DNA of 63,137 bases, filler included, from Octopus bimaculoides (lineage: Eukaryota), in NCBI RefSeq assembly GCF_001194135.2. It is 5 parts of 4 records of this genome, joined end to end, with 100 filler letters (N's around TTAATTAATTAA, not from the genome) between each part and the next. Parts side by side here need not be neighbours in the genome. Positions count along the whole stretch, not along the records: positions 38,695 to 59,400 come from NC_068987.1; positions 59,501 to 63,137 come from NC_068983.1; 3 more parts are not named here. One strand, 5' to 3'. This document shows, in pieces, positions 51,375 to 63,137 of the stretch. The position numbers were made by a program, and so were the translations under genes. How positions within the stretch are numbered: the first letter of the stretch is position 1; each line of letters starts with the position of its first letter. The notes under the pieces are model-generated. The model saw only the letters and a list, made by a program, of their open reading frames with translations. It ran no database searches and was not told the origin of the DNA.

Positions 51375-52262
51375 NNNNNNNNNNNNNNNNNNNNNNNNNN
51401 NNNNNNNNNNNNNNNNNNNNNNNNNNNNNNNNNNNNNNNNNNNNNNNNNNNNNNNNNNNNNNNNNNNNNNNNNNNNNNNNNNNNNNNNNNNNNNNNNNNN
51501 NNNNNNNNNNNNNNNNNNNNNNNNNNNNNNNNNNNNNNNNNNNNNNNNNNNNNNNNNNNNNNNNNNNNNNNNNNNNNNNNNNNNNNNNNNNNNNNNNNNN
51601 NNNNNNNNNNNNNNNNNNNNNNNNNNNNNNNNNNNNNNNNNNNNNNNNNNNNNNNNNNNNNNNNNNNNNNNNNNNNNNNNNNNNCAAATTTGACACATAC
51701 CTTACTTAGGGTCCCGGTTGTGTTTTAGTCAAAAAGATTTTTTAACTTCTTTGATAGTTCGAGCCCATAGCAACATCATATCTCCTCCACTATTTAAGTA
51801 TTACGTGTCAAAAGTGAAACAAAAGCACTAATGTCATTCGAACCGGAATCTCAAAAACATTGTCTCCTTACATCTCATTCTCATTTAAGTACCACAACAG
51901 GCAAATAAAAATTACTTGTTCTATATATCGCTGGCGGGGGAATGAATCGCTACTGTCTTTAGCTAATATATAATCTTTAACAAGCTCACTGGCTAATCGC
52001 GATACTAGCACCTGTTCTGGCACTGTTTTTCTATATATCGCTGACGGGAAGATGAATCGCTGCTATCTATAGAAGTCAAGCACCCTTCTTTGAGAAGACC
52101 AAGGAAGGTTGAAATCACACGATCTGGTGGTCGTGGCGCTGGAGATGGCGGTATAAACAAGCGTGCATTTTGCACCAAAAGTGTCTCTCATGATATCTAC
52201 AGCTGCAGTTTGTTCTAAAAGAACATGCAGCTTTAATTGGGGATAAATATTACTTCTTGGTA
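51075..52262. repeat. Mosaic of locally repeated modules in direct and inverted orientation
   Basis: 51075-51256 resembles 52115-52262; identical 25-mer at 51295-51319 and 51981-52005; tatatcgct.gcgggg motif present in both orientations. Confidence 0.7.
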
Positions 52263-52834
52263 TATTTCGGTGCATCTTGAAAGGGTCATTATGCCAACAA
52301 TGTACACACGCAATGGTTCAGTTTCACTTCTTTTATTATCATTAGTGAATTCGTTAACATTTAACTAAGTTAACCAATTAACTAATCGATTGTTTGATTA
52401 ACTATGCGGGTAATCGATCAGTCAGTTATGTTTATCAAAGTCCGTTTTGTTTCCATTCACAACCCCATCAATGAACTGCTCTCTCTACTCCAGGTCTAAA
52501 GAAATCATCTTTTTTGTTCGTTTTTGGTTTGACACTTGAAACTTTACTTTAATTTTCATTATATTTTTCAAAATATAAAAAAATAGGATTATCGTAGAAG
52601 AGAAATGCAAGTGAAATGAAAGGAAAATGAAAAGAGAAACCTAAGCGGAAAGGACGAAACGACTAAGAGATATTTCAAAGTGAAAAAAGTAAAGAAGAAA
52701 ATTTGACCAAAGCCGGAACCGTGAAAACTGAATGCCTTGTAAATGGAAGTACGGGTGTATGTATGTACGGGTGGATGGATGGATGGATAGATGGATGGAC
52801 TGATGGATGAATGGATGGATGGACTGATGGATGG

Positions 52835-52876
<42 letters not shown>

Positions 52877-53559
52877 NNNNNNNNNNNNNNNNNNNNNNNN
52901 NNNNNNNNNNNNNNNNNNNNNNNNNNNNNNNNNNNNNNNNNNNNNNNNNNNNNNNNNNNNNNNNNNNNNNNNNNNNNNNNNNNNNNNNNNNNNNNNNNNN
53001 NNNNNNNNNNNNNNNNNTGTATGTGTGTGAATCTCCTACGTTGCAGAAGCAATGCGTTCCTGAAAATCTGGTCGTAACTCGAAACGAAGTTTCTGGTTGT
53101 TTTTTTTTTTATATCATAAAGAGAAAATGCATTGCGACGAGTTATTATTATTTTTTTTTTTTTCTTCTTTCGAACAACGACGACAAAACAAGCAACACGA
53201 CCACTTTTATGTCTGAAAATACCAATTTCTAAACCTATACAATAAAAACATTTGAAGCGAAATACGTTAGGGAATATACAAAATAAACAGGAATCGTAAT
53301 ATCGTAATAGAGTTTTTACGACGAAAAATGTCAAACTGTGTGTGAGGAGGGTTAGTGGAATGGAAAATGAAAGTTACTGGGTGGATGAGAGATACGAGCA
53401 CATATCTTATAGTTCATTATCATCTACATCTATTTGAAGGGCGAAGAACTTATCCGAAATTATTTGACGTTTATAACGCATCATCTCTTTGTACAACCCC
53501 ATGTAAGGACTGGGCTCATTGTAAACACCTCTGGTAATTTTTATGCTTCCTTCGTGTTA

Positions 53560-54880
53560 AGGTCTGTTCCCAGAAAAAACCTTGCAAATCTAACCACTTG
53601 GCAATGTTCTTTGCAGTCAATTTTACGTGGAATTTCTGAATTCTCAGCTAGCTCTCGTTCAAACCGCGTCAGCTCCTTTTTCTCTGCGAGACACTACCAA
53701 CTTAAGAATATCATCTACGACTTGTTTTAGTTCTGCTTCATTTGTGTCACAATATCTTTTTGAATTCGATGTAGACATTCTGCCCGTGGAAAACTTGTAA
53801 AGTCGTGGATACAGTCTGGCCATAAATTTTCTCAAGAACCATTCACAGCTGAGTGCTTCATTTTTCTCCGTGACTCAGGTATGTTATCAATGACATCAGT
53901 TAGGTTGAACTTTTTCCAGAATTTTCTAACTGTAGATTTGTCCACCTTGTCAATTGCTTTCATAAATTTTTTGAAAGGTTTTCTCAGATACTATGCTTTC
54001 AAGTTACCTGTCTGTTATATCGCACGTGCGGATGACCTCTACTCAACTTTCACTTCCGACGACTCGGCTCTACCGAACTCGACGTCTAGTCTACCGACGG
54101 CTCCGTCTCGCTCTTTCGCTCTGCTCGACGCTTTTCGTCTAGCTATTTATACGTACTGGACTAGCCTACTTATCGCCTGGGAGCGTCTACACAACACTGT
54201 CACATTTTAAGCCCTTGGCTGGAGCAAAGCAGTTGCATTCTTGGGAATATACCGTTCTCTCACATTATCAGAAAGCTCATTTAAGTTCAGTGAGTGGTTT
54301 GATGCATTGTCTAAAAGGAGCAATGCTTTGTAGGAAAAATTTCGTCTTTGCACAAAACTTTTCTTCAGGAAGACAAACATGTAACCATTCTTCGAACAGA
54401 CTCCTGGTTGTCTACGCATTCTTATTTCAACGCCAAATCTAAGGTACACTAAATTTTGAACAACCTTTGAAAGCCCTAGGATTTTCCGGATTGACACAAG
54501 AGCAGGTGCTATAATTTCATATCACCAGCGGCATCTCCTCCCAGAAAAAATATCAGGTAATTCTTGGAAGTTTTAAAGCCTGGTGTTCATTTTTCTTCTC
54601 GAGAAATAGAGGTTCTAACAGGCGTGAGCAACTAGTAGGCATGAGCTTCAAGAAAAGTGCAATTTCTTTAATATTCATACTTACACTGGAGTGGAGCAAT
54701 CACAGTTACTCCAGATAACTAATAAAAGTCTTTATCATCCCAGCCTGCTTCACCAGTCACTTTAAGTTCAGATTCAAGCGCTTCACCTTTCAAACCAGCG
54801 TTTACTAACCGGGAAAGGTTTTTGCATTAAAAGTTTCACTTTCCTTTTCCTATAAATCGTCAAACAGATTTTTTTTTCTA
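53560..54880 (-). mobile_element. Tigger/pogo-like transposase remnant
   Basis: VSKRWFER..LKVTGEAG (CENP-B HTH region), KALLLLDNASNH...IPKNATALLQP, YLRKPF..RKFWKKFNLTDVIDNI..VNGS*ENLWPDC. Confidence 0.85.
54013..54196 (-). mobile_element. 184-bp solo LTR with 5-bp TSD (CTGTC)
   Basis: TGTT...AACA termini; CTGTC at 54008-54012 and 54197-54201; TATAAAT on the minus strand. Removing it restores the Tigger frame. Confidence 0.85.
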
Positions 54881-54980
54881 TTTACTATCGTGCTTATCGG
54901 CGCAAAACATTAATTTTATTCTCGATCCACACAATCAAGAACCGTTCCACATTAAGCATCACAGTAATTCTATGAAGAAT

Positions 54981-54998
54981 AAGGTCCGAGTTTTTGTA

Positions 54999-55085
<87 letters not shown>

Positions 55086-55108
55086 GTGTGTGTGTGTGTG
55101 TGAGTGTG
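54981..55108. repeat. (TG)n microsatellite
   Basis: Direct reading. Confidence 0.95.
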
Positions 55109-56330
55109 TATAATTCATTTTTGAAGGAGTGGCTCTCGAAGCAAATAAAGCTGCAAATAATAGTGTAAATATTGGGTTAAAAAAACCTTTTGGATAGAAA
55201 AAGAAGGCAAAAACAATTATTTCACGTTCACTCGAAGTTTCTAGATTTTTATGATGTCAACGGTATGAATGTGTATGTATGTATGTATGTATGTTTGTTT
55301 GTATGTATGTATTATATGTATCGTGGTTATAACTTTTTTTCCGATTGTTAATTATATTTTGCCTTTAGTAAAGACACGAGAAGCTGCTTTTGGCCGAGAA
55401 GAAAGTGTAGTTTTAAAAGCGTTAAAATCTGTCGGAGTTTTCGTAAGCGCGAAATCTCCTAGCTGAGGTAGCCGTAACGTGGTGGATATTTGTATATACA
55501 AACGTACATATTTATAAATATTGGCTTATGTTTCTGTGCTTAAATATAAAGTCTTCATTTTACACCTTTATTATAATCTTGAGTTTGTTAAATATCTTGT
55601 GTTGGTGAACAAGATCAGCTTCTCATAACTAAAGGTTCCGTGCGGTGGACTTAAGTCAACCGTACACATCGGAAAGTGAGTGTACATCATCTTCATCATC
55701 ATCACCGTTATGAATAGCAACAACGTCAGCAACATTCTAATGGCTCTCGCCAGACCTGTCTTTGTAGGGACACAGGCCTGATATTATGTACGTTTATAGA
55801 GTTTAACCGCCCTGCACATGTGAACATCTCTACCAAAATCAATAAGAAGGAGAGTATTTGTTGACAATTGCTTCGAAACCTGCTGCTCCCTCTGCTCTGT
55901 GATTACAAATTCACATTCACACCAATAACCATCGGTGCATTTGGCTATTTAAGCAAATGTTTCAAAGCGTAATCTCGAATAACTAAGATTTTTTTCAAAG
56001 AAAGAAAGAAACCAGCTAACTACGATCCCTTTCTTTGCTTGTTCTGCTTACAAATTGTATCTGACAAATACAGTCTGCAAGCAGAACAGTTAAAATATGT
56101 AAAACTCATCTAATGTTCAGCATGGAACAGCTCTTAATTTTGTTATCTAAATTCCGTCAATAGGGCTTTGTTTCTTTGTTAAAAATTAGATTTTTTTTTG
56201 CTTGTAGAATTCAAATAATTACAAATAATTACCAAAAAACCCACATACACATAAACACAAATACACATACTCGCACGCATATACATACACACATACATAC
56301 ACAGATAAACACTCATATATATATATATAT

Positions 56331-56379
<49 letters not shown>

Positions 56380-57047
56380 NNNNNNNNNNNNNNNNNNNNN
56401 NNNNNNNNNNNNNNNNNNNNNNNNNNNNNNNNNNNNNNNNNNNNNNNNNNNNNNNNNNNNNNNNNNNNNNNNNNNNNNNNNNNNNNNNNNNNNNNNNNNN
56501 NNNNNNNNNNNNNNNNNNNNNNNNNNNNNNNNNNNNNNNNNNNNNNNNNNNNNNNNNNNNNNNNNNNNNNNNNNNNNNNNNNNNNNNNNNNNNNNNNNNN
56601 NNNNNNNNNNNNNNNNNNNNNNNNNNNNNNNNNNNNNNNNNNNNNNNNNNNNNNNNNNNNNNNNNNNNNNNNNNNNNNNNNNNNNNNNNNNNNNNNNNNN
56701 NNNNNNNNNNNNNNNNNNNNNNNNNNNNNNNNNNNNNNNNNNNNNNNNNNNNNNNNNNNNNNNNNNNNNNNNNNNNNNNNNNNNNNNNNNNNNNNNNNNN
56801 NNNNNNNNNNNNNNNNNNNNNNNNNNNNNNNNNNNNNNNNNNNNNNNNNNNNNNNNNNNNNNNNNNNNNNNNNNNNNNNNNNNNNNNNNNNNNNNNNNNN
56901 NNNNNNNNNNNNNNNNNNNNNNNNNNNNNNNNNNNNNNNNNNNNNNNNNNNNNNNNNNNNNNNNNNNNNNNNNNNNNNNNNNNNNNNNNNNNNNNNNNNN
57001 NNNNNNNNNNNNNNNNNNNNNNNNNNNNNNNNNNNNNNNNNNNNNNN

Positions 57048-57165
57048 CCGCCGCTGTCGCCGCCGCTGTCGCCGCCGCTGTCGCCGCCGCTGTCGCCGCC
57101 GCTGTCGCCGCCGCTGTCGCCGTTGTAGCCGTCATCGCCATCGTCGCCGCCGCCGTCATCATCAA
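57048..57165. repeat. GC-rich 12-bp minisatellite (cgccgctgtcgc)n at a gap edge
   Basis: About 6 perfect units, then degenerate units. Confidence 0.9.
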
Positions 57166-57594
57166 CTAGTCTCACAGAAAAAAAAATGCGCTCGATATAT
57201 GGCTGTCCTTATCAGAAAAAAGCGCGCTAAAGATGAAATTGTTTACTAAGATCCTGTTTATTAGATGTCCGAGTGTAAGATTTTCTGGTAACGTGATCAA
57301 TATTTGGGCGAATCGTGTTCGTGTTGGTACAATGATTTCTGACAGAAATTAGATTAATCAGTTGACCATTAACGTCGCTAATCTTCAACAGAAATCCTGG
57401 TTGTTGGAATTTAGCAATCCGGTTTCGATTCCTTGGTAATTTAGGGCTGCCAAATATTCATACATACATACATATGTTCCAAGTGTGAATTTGTCTGTGC
57501 TGACTACATCCCAAGATGGAGCCTTGTATCTTTGTTGGAAACCGGTTACCTCCTCACTGGAAGATTAATAATAATTAAAAAATAGAAGAGACAT

Positions 57595-59037
57595 ATATAC
57601 GTATGGTTGTGAAAAGGGGGGAAAACTATAAACCAGACTAGTAACATCCCCAGCAATGATTTGACTGTTTCCCCTGAATCTGACGAGGAATGTAACAGGT
57701 ATCTGGGGTTGGATGAAAATATATCTTGCAATGGCACCTGTAACAAAACACGTTTCACTAAAGAACATTACAGCCGAATAAAGAAAATTTGGACCTCAGA
57801 ACTCTCTGCATTCAATAAAACCAGTACTCATACCAACATTTGGGATGCTTGATTGGACGCTTGATGAAATCCGAGCCATTGATGTGAAACCCCGAAAAAT
57901 ACTAACAAGTACAAATAGTTTCCACATAAATAGTGACGTAGACAGCATCTACCTAAAACGTAAGCAAGGTAGAAGCTTAACATCGATCCAAAATGCCTTT
58001 GAATGTTGCATCATATCCCTTCGGCAACATCTTTTAACCACCAAGTGTCGAAGTGCATCCCTTGACCAAATTTGCATACATGAGGCTGATAACAGCATAA
58101 GATTTGGAAGGCAGCTCCTTGAGCAACACGCTTTGTCTGATAACCTAGAATACATGCCGTAAGAAGTCGCGTGACTCTACCGCAACATATCATCAGAGGA
58201 AAGGATGAGTCTGTATGAGCAGAAGACCATGCATGGATATGTTAGTAGAAAGCTCCAAGATGATAGTAACATCTATCATCAAAGCAGTTTTTCATGGACC
58301 AATAGCCGGATTACTATCTCCCACTTTGAAGGATATGCGTTTGCAATCCAGGAAAAGGAAATATCACCCAAGTACCTGATGCACAAAAAGGGTGGAGATG
58401 CAGGAAAAGCAGTAAAATCTGACAACCGATGCAGACTTTGTGGAGTTCACACTGAAGATATCACCCACATCATAAGCAGTTGTCCGAAAATGTCATCACA
58501 GTATTATCTACCGATGAAACATGATGTAGTTAGGACACTCTATAATGAAATCTGTCGGAAGGATAACCCCCGAGGACAAAGATTTAAGAACCCACAATAT
58601 GGTAGAAGCCATAGCCACTCATAATAAAATGGGGTACTGGTGAAATGTCACAGTGAAGACTTCAATAAAATGTAAGCACAACAAACCCGATAGAGAAGAG
58701 AAACCGTGCACAGTTGTAGAAATTCGCTGCCCAGTGTTAATATAGAGCTGAAGATCAGTGAAAAAGAGAACACCTACGCTGAACTATGGAGAACTATGCT
58801 CTGTCCAGATTACAAGTTCAGGTTTATACTTGTGATTATTGGGGCGCTAGGATATGTAACACATTGCCTAAACACCAATCTTGAGAAATTAGGCTTCTCA
58901 AAACCAGAAAGGCGTAAGATAATTCGAAGGCTACACATCCAATCCATCATTGGAACTGTAAAAATCTGTAAAACTTACCAGAAGTTTATCATCTAAATAT
59001 ACATGAGCATGTCTAAACATGCAACTATATGCATGAA
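57595..59037 (+). mobile_element. R4/Dong-type RLE non-LTR retrotransposon, 5'-truncated, with 3' end
   Basis: RYLG (RT domain 7 region), CCHC knuckle CRLCGVHTEDITHIISSC..HD, RLE motif KHNKPD..VVEIRCP..EKENTY, short 3'UTR ending in (TACA)n. Multiple stops and frameshifts. Confidence 0.9.
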
Positions 59038-59094
59038 AATACATACATACATACATACATACATACATACATACATACATACATACATACATAC
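59038..59094. repeat. (TACA)n tract between two R4/Dong fragments
   Basis: Direct reading. Confidence 0.95.
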
Positions 59095-59400
59095 AGTAAG
59101 TGGATGTATCATCAGCAAAAAAATACAATATCGCAGGGGGATATTCCAAGGAGACAGCCTCTCTGTGATGCTGTTCATACTGTCGGTTATCCCATTATCA
59201 TACATGCTGAAGAAGTCTGAAGGGTATCTAATTGGAACGCAGGCAAACCGAAACACCAAAATTACGCACTGCTTCTTTGTCGATGATTTGAAATTGTATG
59301 CCAAGAACATGGATGATATGAAAAAAAGCCTCGACCTGGTCACAACATTTTCTGGTGATGTAGGACTAGAGTTTGACCAAGATAAATGTTCCTATATGGT
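59095..59400 (+). mobile_element. R4/Dong-type RT core fragment (domains 4-6), running into a gap
   Basis: IQYRRGIFQGDSLSVMLFILSVIPLSYML..ITHCFFVDDLKLYAK..DVGLEFDQDKCSYM, open frame. Confidence 0.9.
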
Positions 59401-59499
59401 NNNNNNNNNNNNNNNNNNNNNNNNNNNNNNNNNNNNNNNNNNNNTTAATTAATTAANNNNNNNNNNNNNNNNNNNNNNNNNNNNNNNNNNNNNNNNNNN

Positions 59500-59890
59500 N
59501 CATTTAACTGCGACCATACTGAAGCACCACCTTAAGGGGTTTTAGTCGAACAAATCGACCCCAGAACTTATTATTTGTAAAACTAGTACTTATTCTATCG
59601 GCATCTTTTACCGAACCGCTAAGTTGCTGGGACGAAAACACACCAACATCGGTTGTCAAGCGATGGTATGGGGGACAAACACAGACACTAACACCCAAAT
59701 ACATACATATATATATTTATAAATACGCGGGCTGCTTTCAATTTCCATCTACCAAATTCACTCACAAGGCTTTGGCTGGCTCGAGGCTATAGTAGAAGAC
59801 ACTTGCCCAAGATACTGCACAATGGGATTGAATCCAAGATCACATGAACGGGAAGCGAGTTTCTTTACCACACAAGCCACACCTACGCCT
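59500..59890 (-). mobile_element. SINE family B
   Basis: Reverse complement of the family B tail, centre and head. Confidence 0.8.
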
Positions 59891-60596
59891 ACATGTAGAA
59901 CTCTCTTACTAGTTCCGAATGACAGAAAAATTCGCCATAATGAATTCCCCACTAAAAACGTTGATTCATTAGTGTTGATGAAGATTCGCAAATTAAAAGA
60001 AAGCGAAATAATGAAGTTGAAAGAGAATAGTGAAACAGGAAGTAAAACCGATGGAGTTGTAGCATAACGGTTAGGGAGAGTGAATGAAAACATTAATAGA
60101 GATGACATCGTATAAGCTATAGACATTGAAACACCTGTAGTTTGAAGACTGCTAGCTATGAATTATTCTCACCTGCTTAATCCGCCTTTCACTCCCTTCT
60201 TAACTAGTAAATAAATAAATAAACATGGAAATAATCGAAAGAAGTACTAATTTTATACATTGTCAACAGACTGCGAAATCGGCAAGTCAAAAACCACCCA
60301 CCGCACACTACGCTCTACTACCAACGGAAAGAACAAACAACACTTATCACTAATATTCAATATTAATCACGTGATAATTGCTGTTTTCGAGCTACCGCAT
60401 AGATTTGGGTGAATAATAGAAAAATTAATACTATATAGCAGTGCATTGACTCGAGTCAAAAGAAGAGGTTAAGCCGCTACTTGACTGCGACGTGTTTTTT
60501 CTTGATAGGAACAACTTCCCATTTTATGAACATCATTATGAGTAAAATTCTGCTTCGTTAAAGCTGAAAGCTGAATCATGTTATAAGCAGGCACAC

Positions 60597-60651
<55 letters not shown>

Positions 60652-62294
60652 TGCACACATACACGCATACATACATACATACATACACAACAAAATGTCA
60701 TGTGTGTATGCTAAAATGAATTCTCACAAATTCATAAAGCTATTTTGTTACAAAGATGAATTATCGAAAATTTTAAATTCAATAAAAACATTTATTCGGG
60801 CAGATTCATGCTTTCCAATTATGTCTCTTGATTATTATCATGTAACAGTGGAATTATGGATTTCCTCATTAACAGTAAATAGGAAATGAGACTGCGACAG
60901 CCACTTTATCTTGTAGAAAAATTATCGAGTTAGAAAGAAAGGAAATCGGAGACTTTGGTAAAAAGGATGAGATAAAGAAGAAAAACGAAGGAAAGAAAGA
61001 AAGAAATAAAGAAAGAGAGAGAGAGAGAGAGAGAAATAGCGAGAGAGAGAGAGAGAGAGAGAATAAGACAGAGAGAAATAGAGAGTGATGGGAGAGAGAG
61101 AGAATAGGACAGAGAGAATGAGAGAGAGGACGCCAAAATCAAAGTAATCTCTCCGCTGTAGGTGACGCCAAGAAAAACAGTTTTGCTTGCTGAAGCTATT
61201 GTGAAATGCAGGTGTTTGTGTATCTTTATCCGTCGATCTGTTTGCTTGTGATCGTTGGCCGACTTTATCAAAAGATAAGAAAGTGAATGAACGATTGACA
61301 GATGAAAGCGTGAGAAATTCTTGTTATTAGCCTTCCCACCTAATCGATAACATATTTCTTTTTATTATCATTATTTTCTCGAACAGGCTGAAAGCAGCTT
61401 ATAATTATACTGTGGGTGAGAATGCAAATTCTGAACACATCTTGCATGTATTGTCTTAGATATCAGTTCCGTCTGACGAGATTACACATTACAGGAGTTC
61501 AATGGAATGAAATCAGCGATAACTAAAGAAGCGTTTATGATTAAAATTCCTTATACCAGCTTAAAAGAATGGATATCATATGTCGTGCAATATCCTGGAA
61601 CAGCTAAAACAATGTGATTATTAGAAATACAGCAACATATTTGTTTCATTGTAGCCTTACCTTTTAACAGCGCTTTCAATATTTTATGCAATATCGCATA
61701 AGATATTGTGTGATATTAACTAATTTTTCTAGTCATGATAGTTGTTGTTTTGGTTATTATTGTGCATCCCTTGAACTAGTATACTTATGATCAAAGACAT
61801 TCCAGTCGTGATCATCCATTTAATTCCAGCCATTAACAAAAGCAGAGCAGTAAGAACCACGTTGTCTCTAAATTTTGAGATGACTGGGTGGGATTTGAAG
61901 GCTATGTAGCTACTATTTGTTAGCAGGTGGAAAAACTACGTAGAGGCACTCACATCGGCTCAAGATCTTACCAGTAAATCAGTCATGTATAATTAAAGTG
62001 TCAGAATGGATCAGATACTGAAACGTCATCTCATAGATAATGACTTCTTATTCACTGCAAGTTGTTTTCATTTATTTTTAACTTCTACTTTGATATAAGA
62101 CATTTCATTTAAAACTTGAAGATGTGTTCTCTATGATGTACTTGCATCACCACTGAAATACTGATCTTGTATCAGGAAGGGAAATTTGCTGTGCATATCA
62201 TTAACAGAAATCCTTCCTGAATTTAGAATCGGCCTGCGTAAACCCCAGTGAATTCTGCTAGCATATTGGAATGAATGACTTACAGTATTTGTTT

Positions 62295-62425
62295 TGGCTC
62301 TTTACATGCTGAATCCCGCTGAGTTCAACTTTGCTCTTCATCCTTCTAGGCTCGATAAAATAAAGTATCAGGCAAGAGTCGGGGTACATGTTATTGACTA
62401 CTTCCTCCCCACCCAAAATTGAGCT
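62295..62425 (+). mobile_element. SINE family A 3' part, diverged
   Basis: gagttcaactttgctcttcatcc..cgataaaataaagta. Confidence 0.65.
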
Positions 62426-62517
62426 GGCCCCTATCTTAATCCACTATTATATAGTAATTAGTGTTACATTACTTTCTATATTCTGTAACTGTCACAATAT
62501 ACTTTTCTATGCCTGAA

Positions 62518-62645
62518 TTTTTTGCGGGGAGGGGACCAGTTGATTAGATCGACCCCAGAACACAACTGATACTTAATTCATCGATCCCGAAGGGACGAAG
62601 GGCAAAGGCGATCTCGGCAGAATTTGAACTCAGAGCGTAAAGACA
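62518..62645 (-). mobile_element. SINE family A 3' part
   Basis: gattagatcgaccccag..agggcaaaggcga..atttgaactcagagcgta. Confidence 0.75.
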
Positions 62646-62934
62646 GACAGTCATATTATACAAACATTTCTCATGGCACTAGTACACTGTTTACAAATGC
62701 TTACATCTTTTATGTTTGCTGTGAATTTTTCACGGGTCCAGCTAGTTATTATTATTTTATTTATTTATCTATTTATTTATCTATTTATTCATTATATCTT
62801 TCTCCGTTTTCTTCCTCTGTTTAGACGAACTTTCCTACCTTTTCGGACAAAACCTTTTGTAACCTTCGTCCTGTCTTTGTCCTTATATGTTTTTAATTGA
62901 TATTAGCCCTTGTGGCCAATAAAACGAATTAATT

Positions 62935-62982
<48 letters not shown>

Positions 62983-63008
62983 ATTATTATTATTATTATT
63001 ATTATTGT
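62935..63008. repeat. (GTT)n-(ATT)n microsatellite
   Basis: Direct reading. Confidence 0.95.
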
Positions 63009-63137
63009 TCAGTAGTTTTATTTTTATAACGTGCTTTCACTTCACTACCGAGCGCAGCTCTGTGCGCCTTGGGTATGTGCTGTGGTTTGCTGTGGTGCTC
63101 TTATGTTTACTGTATTGAAAGTGTTTTGCGTAGAATG

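Noticed and set aside
8436-57249. Long ORFs (200-357 aa) in the ORF track
   Set aside because: They run through N-gaps (X residues) or microsatellites; no coding evidence.
57230-57450. ~70-codon open frame on the minus strand
   Set aside because: No ATG, weak acceptor and no recognisable homology.
7356-59456. TTAATTAATTAA islands inside N-runs (7356-7367, 33779-33790, 38639-38650, 59445-59456)
   Set aside because: Identical 12-mer with stops in all six frames, centred in N-runs of similar size: an assembly gap linker, not biology.
1-63137. CRISPR arrays, operons or other prokaryotic systems
   Set aside because: No repeat-spacer arrays or gene-dense segments; the sequence is eukaryotic repeat-rich DNA.

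Overview
AT-rich, microsatellite- and gap-rich eukaryotic DNA, most likely an octopus draft assembly. That is an inference from the SINE families, R4/Dong and mariner content, and the expanded 18S V4 segment. No host protein-coding gene can be confidently identified; the window is mainly transposon debris: three tRNA-type SINE families, four mariner remnants, Tc1, maT/DD37D, Tigger/pogo, Tx1/L1, an RTE-like LINE with C2H2 fingers, R4/Dong LINEs, a Penelope GIY-YIG remnant and a 184-bp solo LTR. The most striking observation is an ~750-bp decayed 18S rRNA fragment (6452-7198, minus strand) that exactly fills the space between two ~69-bp inverted repeats (6383-6451 / 7199-7267), resembling a TIR element with rRNA cargo. 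Also notable are two Penelope-type minimal hammerhead-ribozyme motifs (one downstream of a tRNA-like head), a second ~1-kb TIR element whose arms carry inward-facing octamer+CCAAT motifs, and R4/Dong LINE pieces joined through a (TACA)n tract. Most long ORFs in the track are artefacts of N-gaps or microsatellites. All alignments were done by eye; no searches were run.
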